Shown: positions 1 to 13,630 of the stretch, one piece after another | Position numbering within the stretch: the stretch's first letter is position 1 | How the letters are laid out: every line of letters begins with the position of its first letter | Source: the human T2T-CHM13v2.0 reference genome, Homo sapiens | Assembly (NCBI RefSeq): GCF_009914755.1 | Contig: NC_060935.1 | DNA length: 64,000 nt | Direction: 5' to 3' (one strand) | Position numbers and translations under genes: made by a program | Notes under the pieces: model-generated | Told to the model about the DNA's origin: nothing | Seen by the model: the letters and a program-made list of their open reading frames with translations, nothing else | Databases searched by the model: none

Positions 1-387
1 GGCTGTTCCAAGCACAGGCCCCGTGTGACGGCAAGTGTTGTCCTGGGTCTAAGAAAGGAAGCACAGAAACCTCGTGCCCGGAAGGGGAGCCACAGCTCAG
101 GGACAGAGCCGAGAAGCAGGGCTGAGCAGAGCTGGGGGAACCCAGGGAACACACCCATGGGGCACAGAGTGACCGCCCCTCCACACCTGCTCTGTGCTTC
201 CAGCACCAGAGCCCTGTTGTTGGAAGCACTTTAGTCTCTCACTTATTGCAAAAGACTGACCTGATTCCCAGACCTCAGTCTCCCCATCCTGTGGAGTGGG
301 GATATCAGGTGCCCACCCTGCCTGTCTGCTAGTGTAGAGGTGCTTCGTGAAAAGCCAGAAACTCAACAAAAATGTCAGAAATCATTG

Positions 388-1127
388 TGCATACGAGATG
401 GGAGAATTCCCTTGACCCCTTCGCTGGACTTTCGACAGGGGTGTGGCTCACTTACTCGCACTCAAACCCCTTCGGGAGGGGGAGCATGCAGGCAAGCAGG
501 TGCTGGGGCTAGGGCGAGCGCTTTTAGGCTCTGGCACCCTGGCAGTGTCTAGGGGTGTGTTACAGTTAATGCCCTTTTAACAGTTGCCATCCACAGATAG
601 CTAAATATTAACCAGCTCAATGGAGAGTCAGGGTGACAGTTTTTTACACCCTGCCCTCTTGGTACCCTGGTTCTTGTTCAGCATCCAGGAAGAATCAGGT
701 CGCACGAATGGTTTGAAAGGTGATGAATGTGGAGGATTTTATTAAGCGGTGGAAATGGCTCTCAGCAGAAGGTGAGCTGGAAAGGGGATGGTGTGGGAAG
801 AAGGTGATCTTTCCCTGAAGCCTGCCATCTTCAGCTGGGTTCGTCTCGGAAGCTGTGCCGTCTGAAGTTAAGCTGCATCTATCCGTAGTCTCTGATGTTC
901 AGTTGCTTCTTCTCTCGATGTTCAGCCACTTGTCCTTCTGCCAGCTAAGGTCTGGGGTTTATAAGCACAGGATAGGGAAATGGGGCAGGCCAAAAAAGTA
1001 ACATTTGGGTGGGAAAACAGGGATAACTGTTCTCTTTTAGGGCTGAGGTTTCCAGGCTTGAGGGTGGAGCCTTTGCCGGGGAACTGCCTTTTGTTACCCA
1101 ATATTTCTCTGCCTTCTGTTCGTATCA
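388..1127 (-). mobile_element. ERV1-class solo LTR (LTR1/LTR27/LTR28/MER52 group)
   Basis: Minus strand starts TGATACGAACAGAAGGCAGAGAAATATTGGGTAAC...TTCCCCGGCAAAGGCTCCACCCTCAAGCCTGG, the typical 5' end of this LTR group; ~740 bp. Confidence 0.8.
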
Positions 1128-1150
1128 CATATGCATAAAAACATAAACAT

Positions 1151-1460
<310 letters not shown>

Positions 1461-1751
1461 CATATCTTCATCATCAGATCATTCCTGTGATTGTCCAAAT
1501 TAACAGAGAAAGGTACTTCATAAAACAGCCCTTTTTTCTTCACACTGTAAGCAACCTGTTTCAGCTCCACAGGAAAGTCTTCTGCATGCTGATGTTGAAC
1601 ATCGATCCCCCTTCTTGGTGCACCTGGAGACCCCTAATTTCTTCCAGCTGCTGCACTCATACTGCCAGAAAGCAGCCAGAAAGGCTCTGTGATTTGGGAC
1701 CTGGAATCCTGGGTCAAAATTTCTTGGATCTGAAACCAAAAGGCCAAGACA

Positions 1752-1875
1752 GTAGTATTAGTTTTCTGGGGCTTTCTGACACAAACTGAGTGACTTAAAA
1801 CAATGGAAATGTACCCTTTTACCATTCTGGAGGCCAGCAGTCCACAGTCAAGGGTTGGTTCCTTCTCTGAGAGCT
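1752..1875 (-). mobile_element. MaLR MLT1 LTR fragment
   Basis: GTATTAGTTTTCTGGGGCT...GACTTAAAACAA...CATTCTGGAGGCCAG matches the reverse complement of the MLT1 3' end. Confidence 0.7.
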
Positions 1876-1962
1876 CCTGTTGCTCCGTTTGCATTCCCAG
1901 TGCTGGGATGAGAGCTCCTGTTGCCCCGTTTGCATTCCCAGTGCTGGGATGAGAGCTCCTGT
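1869..1962. repeat. 41-bp tandem duplication (2.3 copies)
   Basis: GAGAGCTCCTGTTGC(T/C)CCGTTTGCATTCCCAGTGCTGGGAT at 1869 and 1910, partial copy at 1951. Confidence 0.95.
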
Positions 1963-2100
1963 CGACCCACATCCTCACCAGCATTTGGTGCTGTTGCTGT
2001 TAAGGATTTTAGTCACTTTCATAGGTGTGAAGTGGTATTTCCTTATTTTAATTTGCATTTCCCTAATAGCATTTTATATTGAGCATCTTTTCCTATACTT

Positions 2101-2490
2101 TGTTATGGACTGAATGTTTGTGATCCCCGAAATTCCTATGTTGAAGCCCCAACCCCAATGTGGATGTATTTGGAGATAAGACCCTTATGGAAGTAATTAG
2201 GGTTAAATACAGACATTAGAGGGGAACCCTCATGATGGGACTGGTGTCTTTTTAAGAGGAAGAGAGACCCGAATTTGCTCTCTCTCCATACACACACACT
2301 CAGGAAAGACCATGTGAGGACGTGGTGAGGAGTCACCATCTATAAGCCAGGAAGGAGGTCCTTACCAGGACTCAACCCCATTGGCACCCTGACTTTGAAC
2401 TTCCAGCCTCCAGAACTATGAGAAAACAAATTTCTGTTGTTTAAACCACTCAGTCTGTGACATCTTGTTACAGCATCCCGAGCTAAGGCA
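2101..2490 (+). mobile_element. MLT1A-type solo LTR inserted in L1
   Basis: Starts TGTTATGGACTGAATGTTTGTG..AAATTCCTATGTTGAAGCCC, ends ...GAGCTAAGGCA; near-match 5-bp TSD TACTT/TGCTT. Confidence 0.88.
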
Positions 2491-2513
2491 TGCTTACTTG
2501 CCATCTGTATATC

Positions 2514-2645
2514 TTTTTTTAAAAAAACAGAGACGGGGTCTCCCTATGTTGTCCAGGCTGGTCTTGAACTCTTGGACTCATGCGATCCTCCTGCCTCTGC
2601 CTCTCGAAGTGCTAGGATTACAGGTGTGAGCCACTGTGCCTGGCC
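2514..2645 (-). mobile_element. Alu left monomer (FLAM-like)
   Basis: Single monomer ending ...CCACTGTGCCTGGCC; TSD TATATCTTTTTT on both sides. Confidence 0.92.
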
Positions 2646-5455
2646 TATATATCTTTTTTGATGAGATATGTTTTCAGATCCTTTGTCCTTTGCCCATTTT
2701 AAAATAGAGTTGTCCTTTTTTCTTATTGTTGTATTTTTAAAATTCTTTGTATATTTTGGATACATGTCCATTATCAGGTATGATGCATTTTGCAAATATT
2801 TTTTTCCTATCTTGGCCTTGTCTCTTCATTCTTTAGCAGAGCAAAAATTTTTGATTTTAATAAAATTCAACTTATCTATTGTTTTCTTGGATGATGCTTT
2901 TGGTGCTGTGTCTAAAAACTCATCTCCAAACCCAGGGCACGTAGATTTTATTTATGTATTCTTCTAGAAGTTTTACAGTACATTTTATAGTATTAAATAT
3001 AATCCACTTGGGTCTATAATCCATTTGAGTTAATTTTTCTGTAATAATTTTTGTCTAGATTCTCTTATTTAATGGCTATCTAATTGTTCCAGCACGATTT
3101 GTTGAAAAAGATTATTTTTTCTCCACGGAATTGCCTTTATGCCATTGTCAAACATCAGTTGACTGTATTTCTACAAGTCTATTTCAGAGCTCTCTGTTTC
3201 ATTCCATTGATCTATGTATTTATTCTTTCACCAATACCACAGTGTCTTAATTAATGTAGCTTTTAGTAAAACTTAAAATTGAGTAGTATAAGTTCTTCAA
3301 CTTTGCTCTTCAGTATCATGTTTGCTATTCTAGGTTTTTTTGTCTTTCCGTATAAATTTTAGAATTAGTTTGTCAACATCTACAAAATAGTTGGCTGGGG
3401 TTTTTATTGAGATTGCATTGAATCTATGGATCAAGCTGGGAAGAATTGATATCTGAGCAATATTAAGTCTTCGTATGACCCAGAAGTTCTCTCCATTTAT
3501 TTAGATCTTATTTGACTACTTTCATCAATGTCCTGTAATTTTCTGCATAAAATCCTGGATGTATTTTGTTAGATTTATAAAGTGCTTGATTCTTTTGGTG
3601 CTACTATAAATAGTATTTTTTTCAATTTGAAATTCTAATTGTTCATTGTTGGTTTATTGGAAATCAATTGACATTTGTATATTGACCTTGTATCCTGAGA
3701 CTTTGCTATACTTGCTTTTTAGTTCCAGGAGTTGTTTTTGTAGATTCTTTGGAGTTTTTCCCATAGCCAATTATGTCATCTGCAAAAAAATTGAGTTTCT
3801 TTTTCTTTCCCATCTGAATACCTATTTCGTTTTCTAAATTTATTCTGTTAGGCAGAACTTCCTGTATGATGTTGAATGGGAATGGGAACCTCCTTGCCTT
3901 CTTCCCAATGTCAGGGGAAAAACATTCAGTCTTGCACCGTTAAGTCTGATGTGAATCATAACATTTCTTTTTTAGAGTAAGGAAGTTGCTCTAGTCCTAG
4001 TGTTTTGAGAGTTTTTATCATGAATGAGTGTTAGATTTTGTTGAATGTTTTTATTCTATGAAACATGATGTTGACTGTTTCAGCATCTATTGATATAATC
4101 AGATGGTTTTTCTAATTCAATGTGTTAATATGATGAATTACATGGATTGATTTACGAATGTTGAACCAGCCTCACATTCTAGGAATGAACCTCACTTGGT
4201 TGTGATGTATTATCCTTTTTATATATTGATGCATTCCATTTGCTAATATTTTTTAAGGATATGTGTATCTATGTTTATAAAAAATGTGGTTCTTAGTTTT
4301 CCTTTCTTGTAATGTCTTTATCTGGTTTTGGTATCAAAGTAATGCTAGACTAATAAAATGAGTTAGGAACCATTCCCTCTGCTTCTATTTTCTGGAAGAA
4401 ATTATGGAGAATTGATTTTACCTCTTCCTTAAATATAATATTTGGTGGAATTCACCAGTAAAACAATCTGGAACTGATTGATTGAATTTCTTTGGTAAAT
4501 ATAGGTCTGTTCCAGTTATTTATTTCTCCTTGTGTGAGTTTTGGTGATATGTGTCTTTCAGGAAATTGGTTCCTTTCATCTAAGCCATCACATTTTGGGG
4601 CATAGTTATTTGTAGTATTCTGTTACTATCCTTTTAATGTCCAAGGAATCAATAATGATGAAACTTTCTCATTTCTGACACTACTAATTTGTGTCTTCTC
4701 TTTTTTCTTGGTTAACCTTGCTAGAGGTTTATTAAATTGATTGATATTTTTAAAGAACCAGCTTTATTTTGTCTCATTGGTTTGCTTTATTGTTTTCCTA
4801 TTTTCAATTTCCTTGATTTCTAATTTTTATTCTTTCATTCGCTTTGGGCTTATTTTGCCCTTTTTCCTTTACTTTCCTAAGATGGGAGTCAAGATTATTG
4901 ATTTTAGAGCTTTCTTCTTTTAAATATATTCATTTAAGGCTGTACATTTCCCATTAAGCACTGCTTTAGCACATCCCACAAATTTTGATAAGTTGTATTT
5001 TCATTTTTGTTAGTTCAAAATATTTAAAACTTCCATCGAAACTTCTTTTTTGACACACAGTTTACTTAGAAGTGTTGCTTATTTTTCAAATATTGCAGAA
5101 TTTTCCAGTTATCTTTCTGCTTTGGTTGCTAGATTAATTGCACTGAAATCTGAGATCATACTTTGTATGGATTCTGTTATTTTAAATATTTTAAGGCATG
5201 TTTTATGACTGAGAATGTGGTTTGTTTTGGTGAGTGTTCCATGTGAGCTTGAGAAGAATGTGTGTTCTGTTGATGGAGTACTCTGTAAATGTCAATTAGA
5301 TCAAGTTGGTTGCTAGTGCTATTCAGGTCATCAATGTCTCTACTGATTTCCTGCCTGCTTGATCTATCAATTAGTGATAGAGGAATATTAAAGACTCCAA
5401 CTGTAATAGTACATTTGGCTATTTTCCCCTTCAGTGTTACCAGTTTTTGCCTTAT

Positions 5456-5758
<303 letters not shown>

Positions 5759-6699
5759 TGTTTTTGCTTTATTTTTAAGCTCTTTGGTTACATATAAATA
5801 TTTAAGATTGTTATCTTTTTTGGAAAATTGATCCCTTTATCATTATCTAATGCTTCCCTTTGTTCCTGACTAATGTTCATGCTCTGAGGTCTAAGAGAGC
5901 TACTCCAGCTTTCTTTTGATTACTGTCAGCATGGTCTATTTTTCTCTATCTCTTAACATCTATCCTAGCTGGGTCTTTATATTTAAAGTGGGTTTCTGTA
6001 GACAGCATATAGTTCAATCTTGTTTTTAATCTACATTGGCAATCTTTATTTTTTTTAATTGGTGTAGTTAGACCATTCACATGTAAAATAGTGGTTGATA
6101 TATTTGTTTTCTATTTGTTGCATTAGTTTTTCATTTCTCTCTCCCTTTTCTGCCTTTTCTGGTTTTGAAATTATATTTCTTGTATACATTTTCCTGTCAT
6201 TGTTCTAGAGTTTACAATATACATTTTAACTAATCTAAATTCACCTGAAAATACACTATACTACTTTATGTGTGTGGTAGAAGTAACTTACAAGAGTATT
6301 CTCTATTCCTCTTTCCTGTTCCTTGTGACATTGCTATTATTAATATCATTCATCCATATGCTATAATCCAATATGTGTAACTCAATACACTGTTACCATT
6401 ATTGCTTATGAAAAAAAGTTATCTTTTAGGTTCATTAAGAATAACAAAAATAAATGATTTTATTTTACTTTCACTTATTTCTTCTTTGATGCTCTTCCTT
6501 TCTTTGTGTAGATACAAGTTTCTGACCCACACCATTTTCTTTCTGCATGAAGAGCTTCTTTGAAACATTTCTAACAGGGCTGGTCTGCAGATGATGAATT
6601 CCTTCAGGATTTTCCTTTGTTTCCTCTAAGAAAGTATTTCTTTATTTTTCACTTTTGATGGATAATTTTTCTAGAGATAGAATTCTTGTTGGTTTTAAT

Positions 6700-6992
6700 T
6701 TTTTAATGTATTTTTTATTTGTAGAGACAGAGTCTCACTCTCTTACCCAGGCTAGAGTACAGTGGCACAATCATAACTCACTATAACCTTGAACTGCTGG
6801 GTTTAAGTGATTGTCCTGCCTCAGCCACCCAAGTAGCTGGGACTACAGCTGTGTGCCAACATGCCTGGCTAATTTTTTATTTTTATTTTTTGTAGAGACA
6901 TGGTCTCACTATGTTTCCCAGGCTGTTCTAAAATTCCTGGCCTCAAGCCATCCTCCCATCTTGGCCTCCCAAGAAGCTGCCATGCTCTGCCT
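6700..6992 (-). mobile_element. Alu (AluJ-like), followed by (TTTG)n
   Basis: Diverged antisense dimer. Confidence 0.93.
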
Positions 6993-7374
6993 TGTGTTTT
7001 TTTGTTTGTTTGTTTGTTTGTTTTGTTTTTTCAACATGAAGTATTTTATGCCACTCTCTTCTTGCTGGCATGGTTTCCAATGAGAAGCCCACTGTAATGT
7101 TCACCACTGTTCCCCAATAGATCAGATGTTTTATTCCTTTGCCTTCTTTCAAGAATTTTTCTTTATCTCTGGTTTTCTGCAGTTTTAATGCAACATGTCT
7201 GGGGGGGGTGTATGTTTGATATTTATCGTGTTCAGTGCTCACCAAGCTTTCTGCATGTGTACTTATTGTTTCTCATTAATTCTGGAAAGATCTTTCCCAT
7301 TATTACTTCAAATATTTCTCTCCTCTATCTTTTTTTCTTCTTCTAGTATTCCAATTACATGTATGTTACATCTT

Positions 7375-7672
7375 TGTTTTTGTTTCTGTTTGAGACAGGG
7401 TCTCACCCTGTGACCCAGGCTGAAGTACAGTGGCATGATCATAGCTCACTGCTACCTTGAACTCTTGGGCTCAAGTGATCTTCCCTCCTCAGCCTCTTGA
7501 AGTGGCTGGAACAAGAGGCACACACCACTGTGGCTGGCTAATTTTTTCATTTTTTGTAGAGATGACATCTCACTATGTTGCCTAGGCTGGTTTGGAACTC
7601 CTGGCCTCAAGTAATCCTCCTGCCTCGGCCTTCCAAAGTGCTTGGATTGCAGGCATGAGCCACCACACCTGC
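7375..7672 (-). mobile_element. Alu (AluJ-like)
   Basis: Antisense dimer with J-type sequence (GATCATAGCTCACTG, GGGCTCAAGTGATC). Confidence 0.95.
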
Positions 7673-8390
7673 CTCTATTGAATCCTTGAGATGATCCCAT
7701 AGTTCCTGTGTGTTCTATTCTCTGCTCAATTCTTTTTTCTCTTCGGATTTCATTCTGAGAGGTTTTCATTCCACTGTCCAGATGCTCAGACCCTTGCCAG
7801 GTTGTGTTGAGGCACTGATGAGCCCTTTGGAGGCATTCTTCTGACTGAGTTTTTCATCTAGCATTTTTTTTTATTGGTTCTTAGAATTCCTATCTCTGTG
7901 TTTACATTACCCATCTGTTTTTGCATGTTGTCTACTTTTTCCATTAGATCCTTTAACATAATAATCATAGTAATTTTAAGTTCCCTGTCTGATCATTCTA
8001 ACACCTGTGTCACATTTGAGTTTTGTTCTGATGATTGCTTTGTCTCTGCAGACCATGTTTTTTTCTTGCCTCTGAGCCAATGCTAACCCTCTGCTGCTCT
8101 CCTTTAGAAAACTGGTTTACCAGCCCACACCTGCTTGAGACCTTAGGCTTGTATTCTAGGAGGGAGGGCCAAGACTCCTGGCCAGCCAGACCACTGACAT
8201 GCTTTATTTTGTTTTGCTTTCTAGTAAATCTGAAAATAAGCCAACAAATTTGAAAAACTCCAGTTCCCTTCTGCTTTCAGGAGAAGGAGTTTTATGTCAT
8301 CGCTGCTGTCTCCAGCAAATTCAAAGGGAATGGTTGCCGGCTTGGCAAATGTGCAGGCAGTACTAGCTGGGTGTCTCAGTGTAACTTGTG

Positions 8391-8731
8391 TTACACTGAG
8401 AAGCAAACATATCATCCCGAATCAATCACCTAATTCCACGACAATCACCCACATCAGACCTGTCCAATCTGTGTGACTTGGCTCACATGAAAAACCAGTT
8501 AAAAGCCTGGTAACCTTGGGGTCACTGCATTGCTTCTAGCCTTGTCAACATGATGAGTTTTCATATTAGACTTGTTATTTCTGCCAGAGCAGTGGTAATT
8601 TGCTACAGCCATCGGCATACAGGTAAGAAGGGGAAGAGATGACGTTCTACAGGTGCTGGGGCCAAAGACTCACCAGAACTTGTCAACACAAAGGGCAGAA
8701 GGATGGCCCAGGTCATCCCCCTGGTGGTCCC
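8391..8731 (-). repeat. Left arm of a local inverted duplication
   Basis: Its reverse complement aligns colinearly with 10417-10808 at roughly 80-85% identity. Confidence 0.95.
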
Positions 8732-9159
8732 ACCTCCTGACTTATTCAAGGTCACACAGTAAGTGGCTTTGATCCAGAGCCCTGCACTTTTACCCACTGG
8801 GAAAGGAGGATTAGGGCTGAGGCTTCCTTCTCTAGTGGCCCTGAGGCAGAAAGGAGGTCCACAGTCCAGGTCTCTCTGACCATCACCTCCCACCTGCCTC
8901 ATGCTTTGTCCCAGTTGCAGTGTTGAGTAAGGAAAATCACACCACATCTGCAGCTGCTTAATCAGCCCTGGAAGGGTCACTGCAGGAGAAACAGTCTTCA
9001 AACTGAACCTCCTAAGCCTGGTCCTGTGCACATAAGTGTTCCATAAATATTATTATCCAAAACATGCTCCTCAACATACATTAAGATGTATATGATAGAT
9101 GCTAACAATGTTCTTAACTTAAAAATATTGGGAGCTCAGTATAAGCCAGCCACCACACT

Positions 9160-9252
9160 GATCCTGTACATACATTTCTCTAATATCTGACCCCTGATCC
9201 TGAAATATATGTACCCGATCCTGTACATACATTTCTCTAATACCTGACCCCT
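9160..9252. repeat. 36-bp direct repeat (period 57)
   Basis: GATCCTGTACATACATTTCTCTAATA(T/C)CTGACCCCT at 9160 and 9217. Confidence 0.95.
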
Positions 9253-9579
9253 CTTCTTACCCTGGCTCCGAGCTCCGTGAGGGCAGGGACCATCCCTGTA
9301 CCCATTTGCTGTTGTCCTCTGGTTCCTCCCTCTCTTATTCTATGAGGAGTTATCAGAAAGCAGAACAAGTGAGGAGAGACACGGAAGCATTAGGTATCAC
9401 TAGGCCCACGTTCATGAATGAACACGCTGGGAAGAGAATTCGAGGAGCTAGGATTTGGGAGTTTGGGATTCCTTGGTTTGCCCCTTCCTGCTTCCACCGC
9501 AGGGTATCCTGACTGCAGCAAATCCCTTAGCCTCCCTTAACCTCAGCGTACTCATCCTCAAAGCTGGCCCCATGTCCCC

Positions 9580-9995
9580 TGATAGGGTTTGGATCTGTGT
9601 CCTCACCCAAATCTCATACTGATTTGTAATCTATAATGTTGAAGTTGGGGCCTGGTGGGAGGTGATTGGATCTTGGGGGTGGTTTCTTATGAATGATTTA
9701 GCACCATCCTCTTGGTGGTGTCCTTGTGATACTGAATGAGTTCTCCCAAGATCTGGTTGTTTAAAAGTGTGTGGAACCTTCCACCTCTCTCTCTTGCTCC
9801 TCCTCCCACCATGTGAGCTACCTCACTTCCCTTTCACCTTCTGTCATGATTGGAAGCCTCCTGAGGCCTCCACAGAAGCAGATGCTGCCATGCTTCCTGC
9901 ATAGCCTGCAGAACCATGAGCCAATTAAACCTCTTTCTGTATAAATTACCAGCCTCAGGTATTTCTTTATAGCAGTGCAAGAACAGACACATGCA
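9580..9995 (+). mobile_element. MaLR MST (MSTA-like) solo LTR, inserted in a MIR
   Basis: TGATAGGGTTTGGATCTGTGTCCTCACCCAAATCTCA...GAGCCAATTAAACCTCTTTC...GGTATTTCTTTATAGCAGTGCAAGAAC; MIR-like sequence on both flanks. Confidence 0.92.
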
Positions 9996-10129
9996 CCCCT
10001 GCTTGTAGAGTGGCTTGCATGAGATCATTGTGCAATAGCCTAAGATGCAGTCGACACATGGCAGCTCTCACTCATTGATTAAGGGTAGGTTGGAGGGTGC
10101 AGGGAGGTGTAGTCCCTGTGGGAGGTCGA

Positions 10130-10290
10130 AGGGCAAGGGTGTGGGCTTTGAAGTTCACATGCCACTGCTCTCCACCTGACATGGGGAAAGTCACTTATCC
10201 TCTCTGCCTCAGTTTCCCTATCTTCAAAGGAGAATTATACCCTTTCTGGGTTACAGGACACACTGTGAACCAGGCTATGCATTTCATAAA
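10130..10290 (+). mobile_element. MIR fragment
   Basis: MIR core: GGGAAAGTCACTTATCCTCTCTGCCTCAGTTTCCCTATCT. Confidence 0.75.
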
Positions 10291-10416
10291 CTATTCTTTG
10301 GACGTGTACTGACACTGAGCTCATGGGGCATCCTGAGAGCCAGAGGTAACATTGGGCAAGGGCAGATCACATGTGCAGGGAGCCCAGGACGTGGCGGCTG
10401 TCGCGTGGTCATCCCA

Positions 10417-10808
10417 GGGACCACCAGGGGGTGACCTGGACCATCCTTCCGCCCTTTGTGCTGACAACTTCTGGTGAGTCTTTGGCCCCAGTGCCCTGCA
10501 GAACATCATTTCTCCCCCTTCCCTCCCGCGTGCGGATGGCTGTAGAAAATTACAACAGCTCTGGCAGAAATTACAGGTCTAATATGCGAACTCATCATGG
10601 TGACAAGGCTAGAAGCAAGGCAGTACCTCAAGGTTATGCAAACTCATCATGGTGACAGGGCTAGAAGCAAGGCAGTGACCTCAAGGTTGCCAGCCTTCTA
10701 ATTGATTTTCATGTGAGCCAAGCCACACAGATTGGACACGTCTGATGTGGGCGACTGCTGTGGAATTGGGTGATCAATTTGGGAGGATATGTTTGCTTCT
10801 GAGGGTAA
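10417..10808 (+). repeat. Right arm of the local inverted duplication, with an internal 52-bp tandem duplication (10583-10688)
   Basis: Inverted homology to 8391-8731. TATGC(G/A)AACTCATCATGGTGACA(A/G)GGCTAGAAGCAAGGCAGT(G)ACCTCAAGGT occurs twice here and once in the left arm. Confidence 0.95.
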
Positions 10809-12457
10809 TTAGCTCCGTTACTTGGCTTACCCAACCTCCACCTGCTGGACAGGAAGATTCCCCGGCTGGGAAGACCGGTTGCTGGGGCCGCTCTCAGAGT
10901 TCTGTCTCTGCTCCGACCCCCTCGACCCAAACCCAGTTGGGCCCCACCCAGATGCTGCCATGCCCTGAGGCCTGGGCGCCTATTCAGGGAGAAGATGCCC
11001 ATTTCCTAATGCAGTGCCTCTGTGGCAGGACCACCCAAAGCCGCCTCCCGGGACAGACCTCATGGAGGTTCCAGAGTTGAGCACACTCTTGGATTCTTCT
11101 GTTGAGTATTTTAAATTAGGACTGCTCACTTTCATGCCTGGGTTAGCCTTTGTCAGACACTGTCAGGGCAGGCTGAGGAGCAGAGACTTCCTTTCTTTTG
11201 ATCTTTATCCCTCCATCCACTTACACCAAACCTGAATCTTAACCCCCAAGCATGAAGAAGATTGCACTCCTCAATTAACTTTAAATCAACCCAAACTCGG
11301 CCCCGTCTCCCATCTGAGGTGCTGAGGGACGATGCAATCTGTCACTGTCAAGACATCTTTTCCCCCTCCGGCCAACGCCTCCCTGGTCCTGCCAGGTCTG
11401 GGGTGCTCTTGTCCCCGCTGTGTTCTTAAGATGCTCCTGGCAGGGCCTGTGGATCTTCCCTGCTTTGGGAGGCCCCAAATGGAGGGTTGAACCACTCTGG
11501 GTCCCCTGATCCCTAACTTCTTCCCAGGCTGCAGAGCTGTGCCCGTCTCCCGTCTTGTGACCCTCAAGGGCTTCCCCCAACACGCCTGCATGAACAGTTG
11601 TTGTTTTTTGCTAGTCCAATGTCCTCTGGCCTTCTGCTGGTGACAGTACCATGGTATTCCGGTGAGGTGGTCACCCCAGCCCACTCTTGGACTCCATGTC
11701 TTAAGTGTCTGTGTCAGTGGTCAAACAGGAGGCTGCTGTTGCCAGAGGCTGAGGAACACACCCAGTGCCCAGGCCCAGGGAGGTAAATGCTGGGGATGCC
11801 AAAGCCAAGGACAGAGGCGGAAGAGCTAGGGAGAGCCAGTTCTGTGGGAACCTAGGGAGGAAACCAGTGCCAGGAGGCTCCATCCAAAGGGCCAGGGTCA
11901 GAGTCAGGGCCACCGGCTGCCACAGGAGGCCTGAAGGCAGGTGGAGCCCCAAGTAAGGAGGGATCGGAGAAGCCTGGGGGACAGGGGGCTGCTCAGCCAC
12001 AGCAGTGAATCCATCTTCCCGAGCCCACATTCACTGTGCAGGAAGAGGCTTTCTAAGCCCCATCAGAATCTACAAGGCCATCCTGTGTATCTGCTTGTTG
12101 AGGGTGCAGTCCTCAGGAGGATGGCATCCAGGAGGGCAGGGTCCTTGCCTATCCAGGGCTATGTCACCAGCCCCTAGGGCAGTGCCTGGTGCTTAGTGGG
12201 GGCTCTGTAAATACCTGAACACTTAGATCCTATACTGAGTCTGGTTTTCAGAAGCAATGGCTTTCTATAATAACTCAGAGATGATGTCACAGGGCAGCTC
12301 CTTGACTATCCGGGAGGCTGCCTTAGCTCCTTCCCATTCGAGGTCCTGGCACCCAGGAAGTACCATCATGTCTCTAGGGAGCTGTCTCAGGCTCACCCAC
12401 ACTGGCCTGCACCCTGGATCTGCACAGGGCATCCCATCCCTGCGTCCCCTCCCTGGG

Positions 12458-13450
<993 letters not shown>

Positions 13451-13630
13451 GCACACAGCAGTGGGGAGGGAGCATGGGGTTCCATTTTGGGAACAATAGG
13501 TAGAGATGCCTGCAAGACCCACACGTGGAGATATGGAGCAGAATGGTGGAGAAACACACCTGGACACCCAGCGCGGGAGTTTGGGTTGGAGATGGGAGGA
13601 GGCCTCTACCCGGGATGCCAGCACGGCACC

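Noticed and set aside
6943-7245. ORF with real protein homology
   Set aside because: Decayed L1 ORF1p remnant, not a host gene
8391-10808. Inverted arms as the TIRs of a DNA transposon
   Set aside because: No TSD at the outer ends and no transposase remnant; the spacer contains ordinary MIR-bearing DNA
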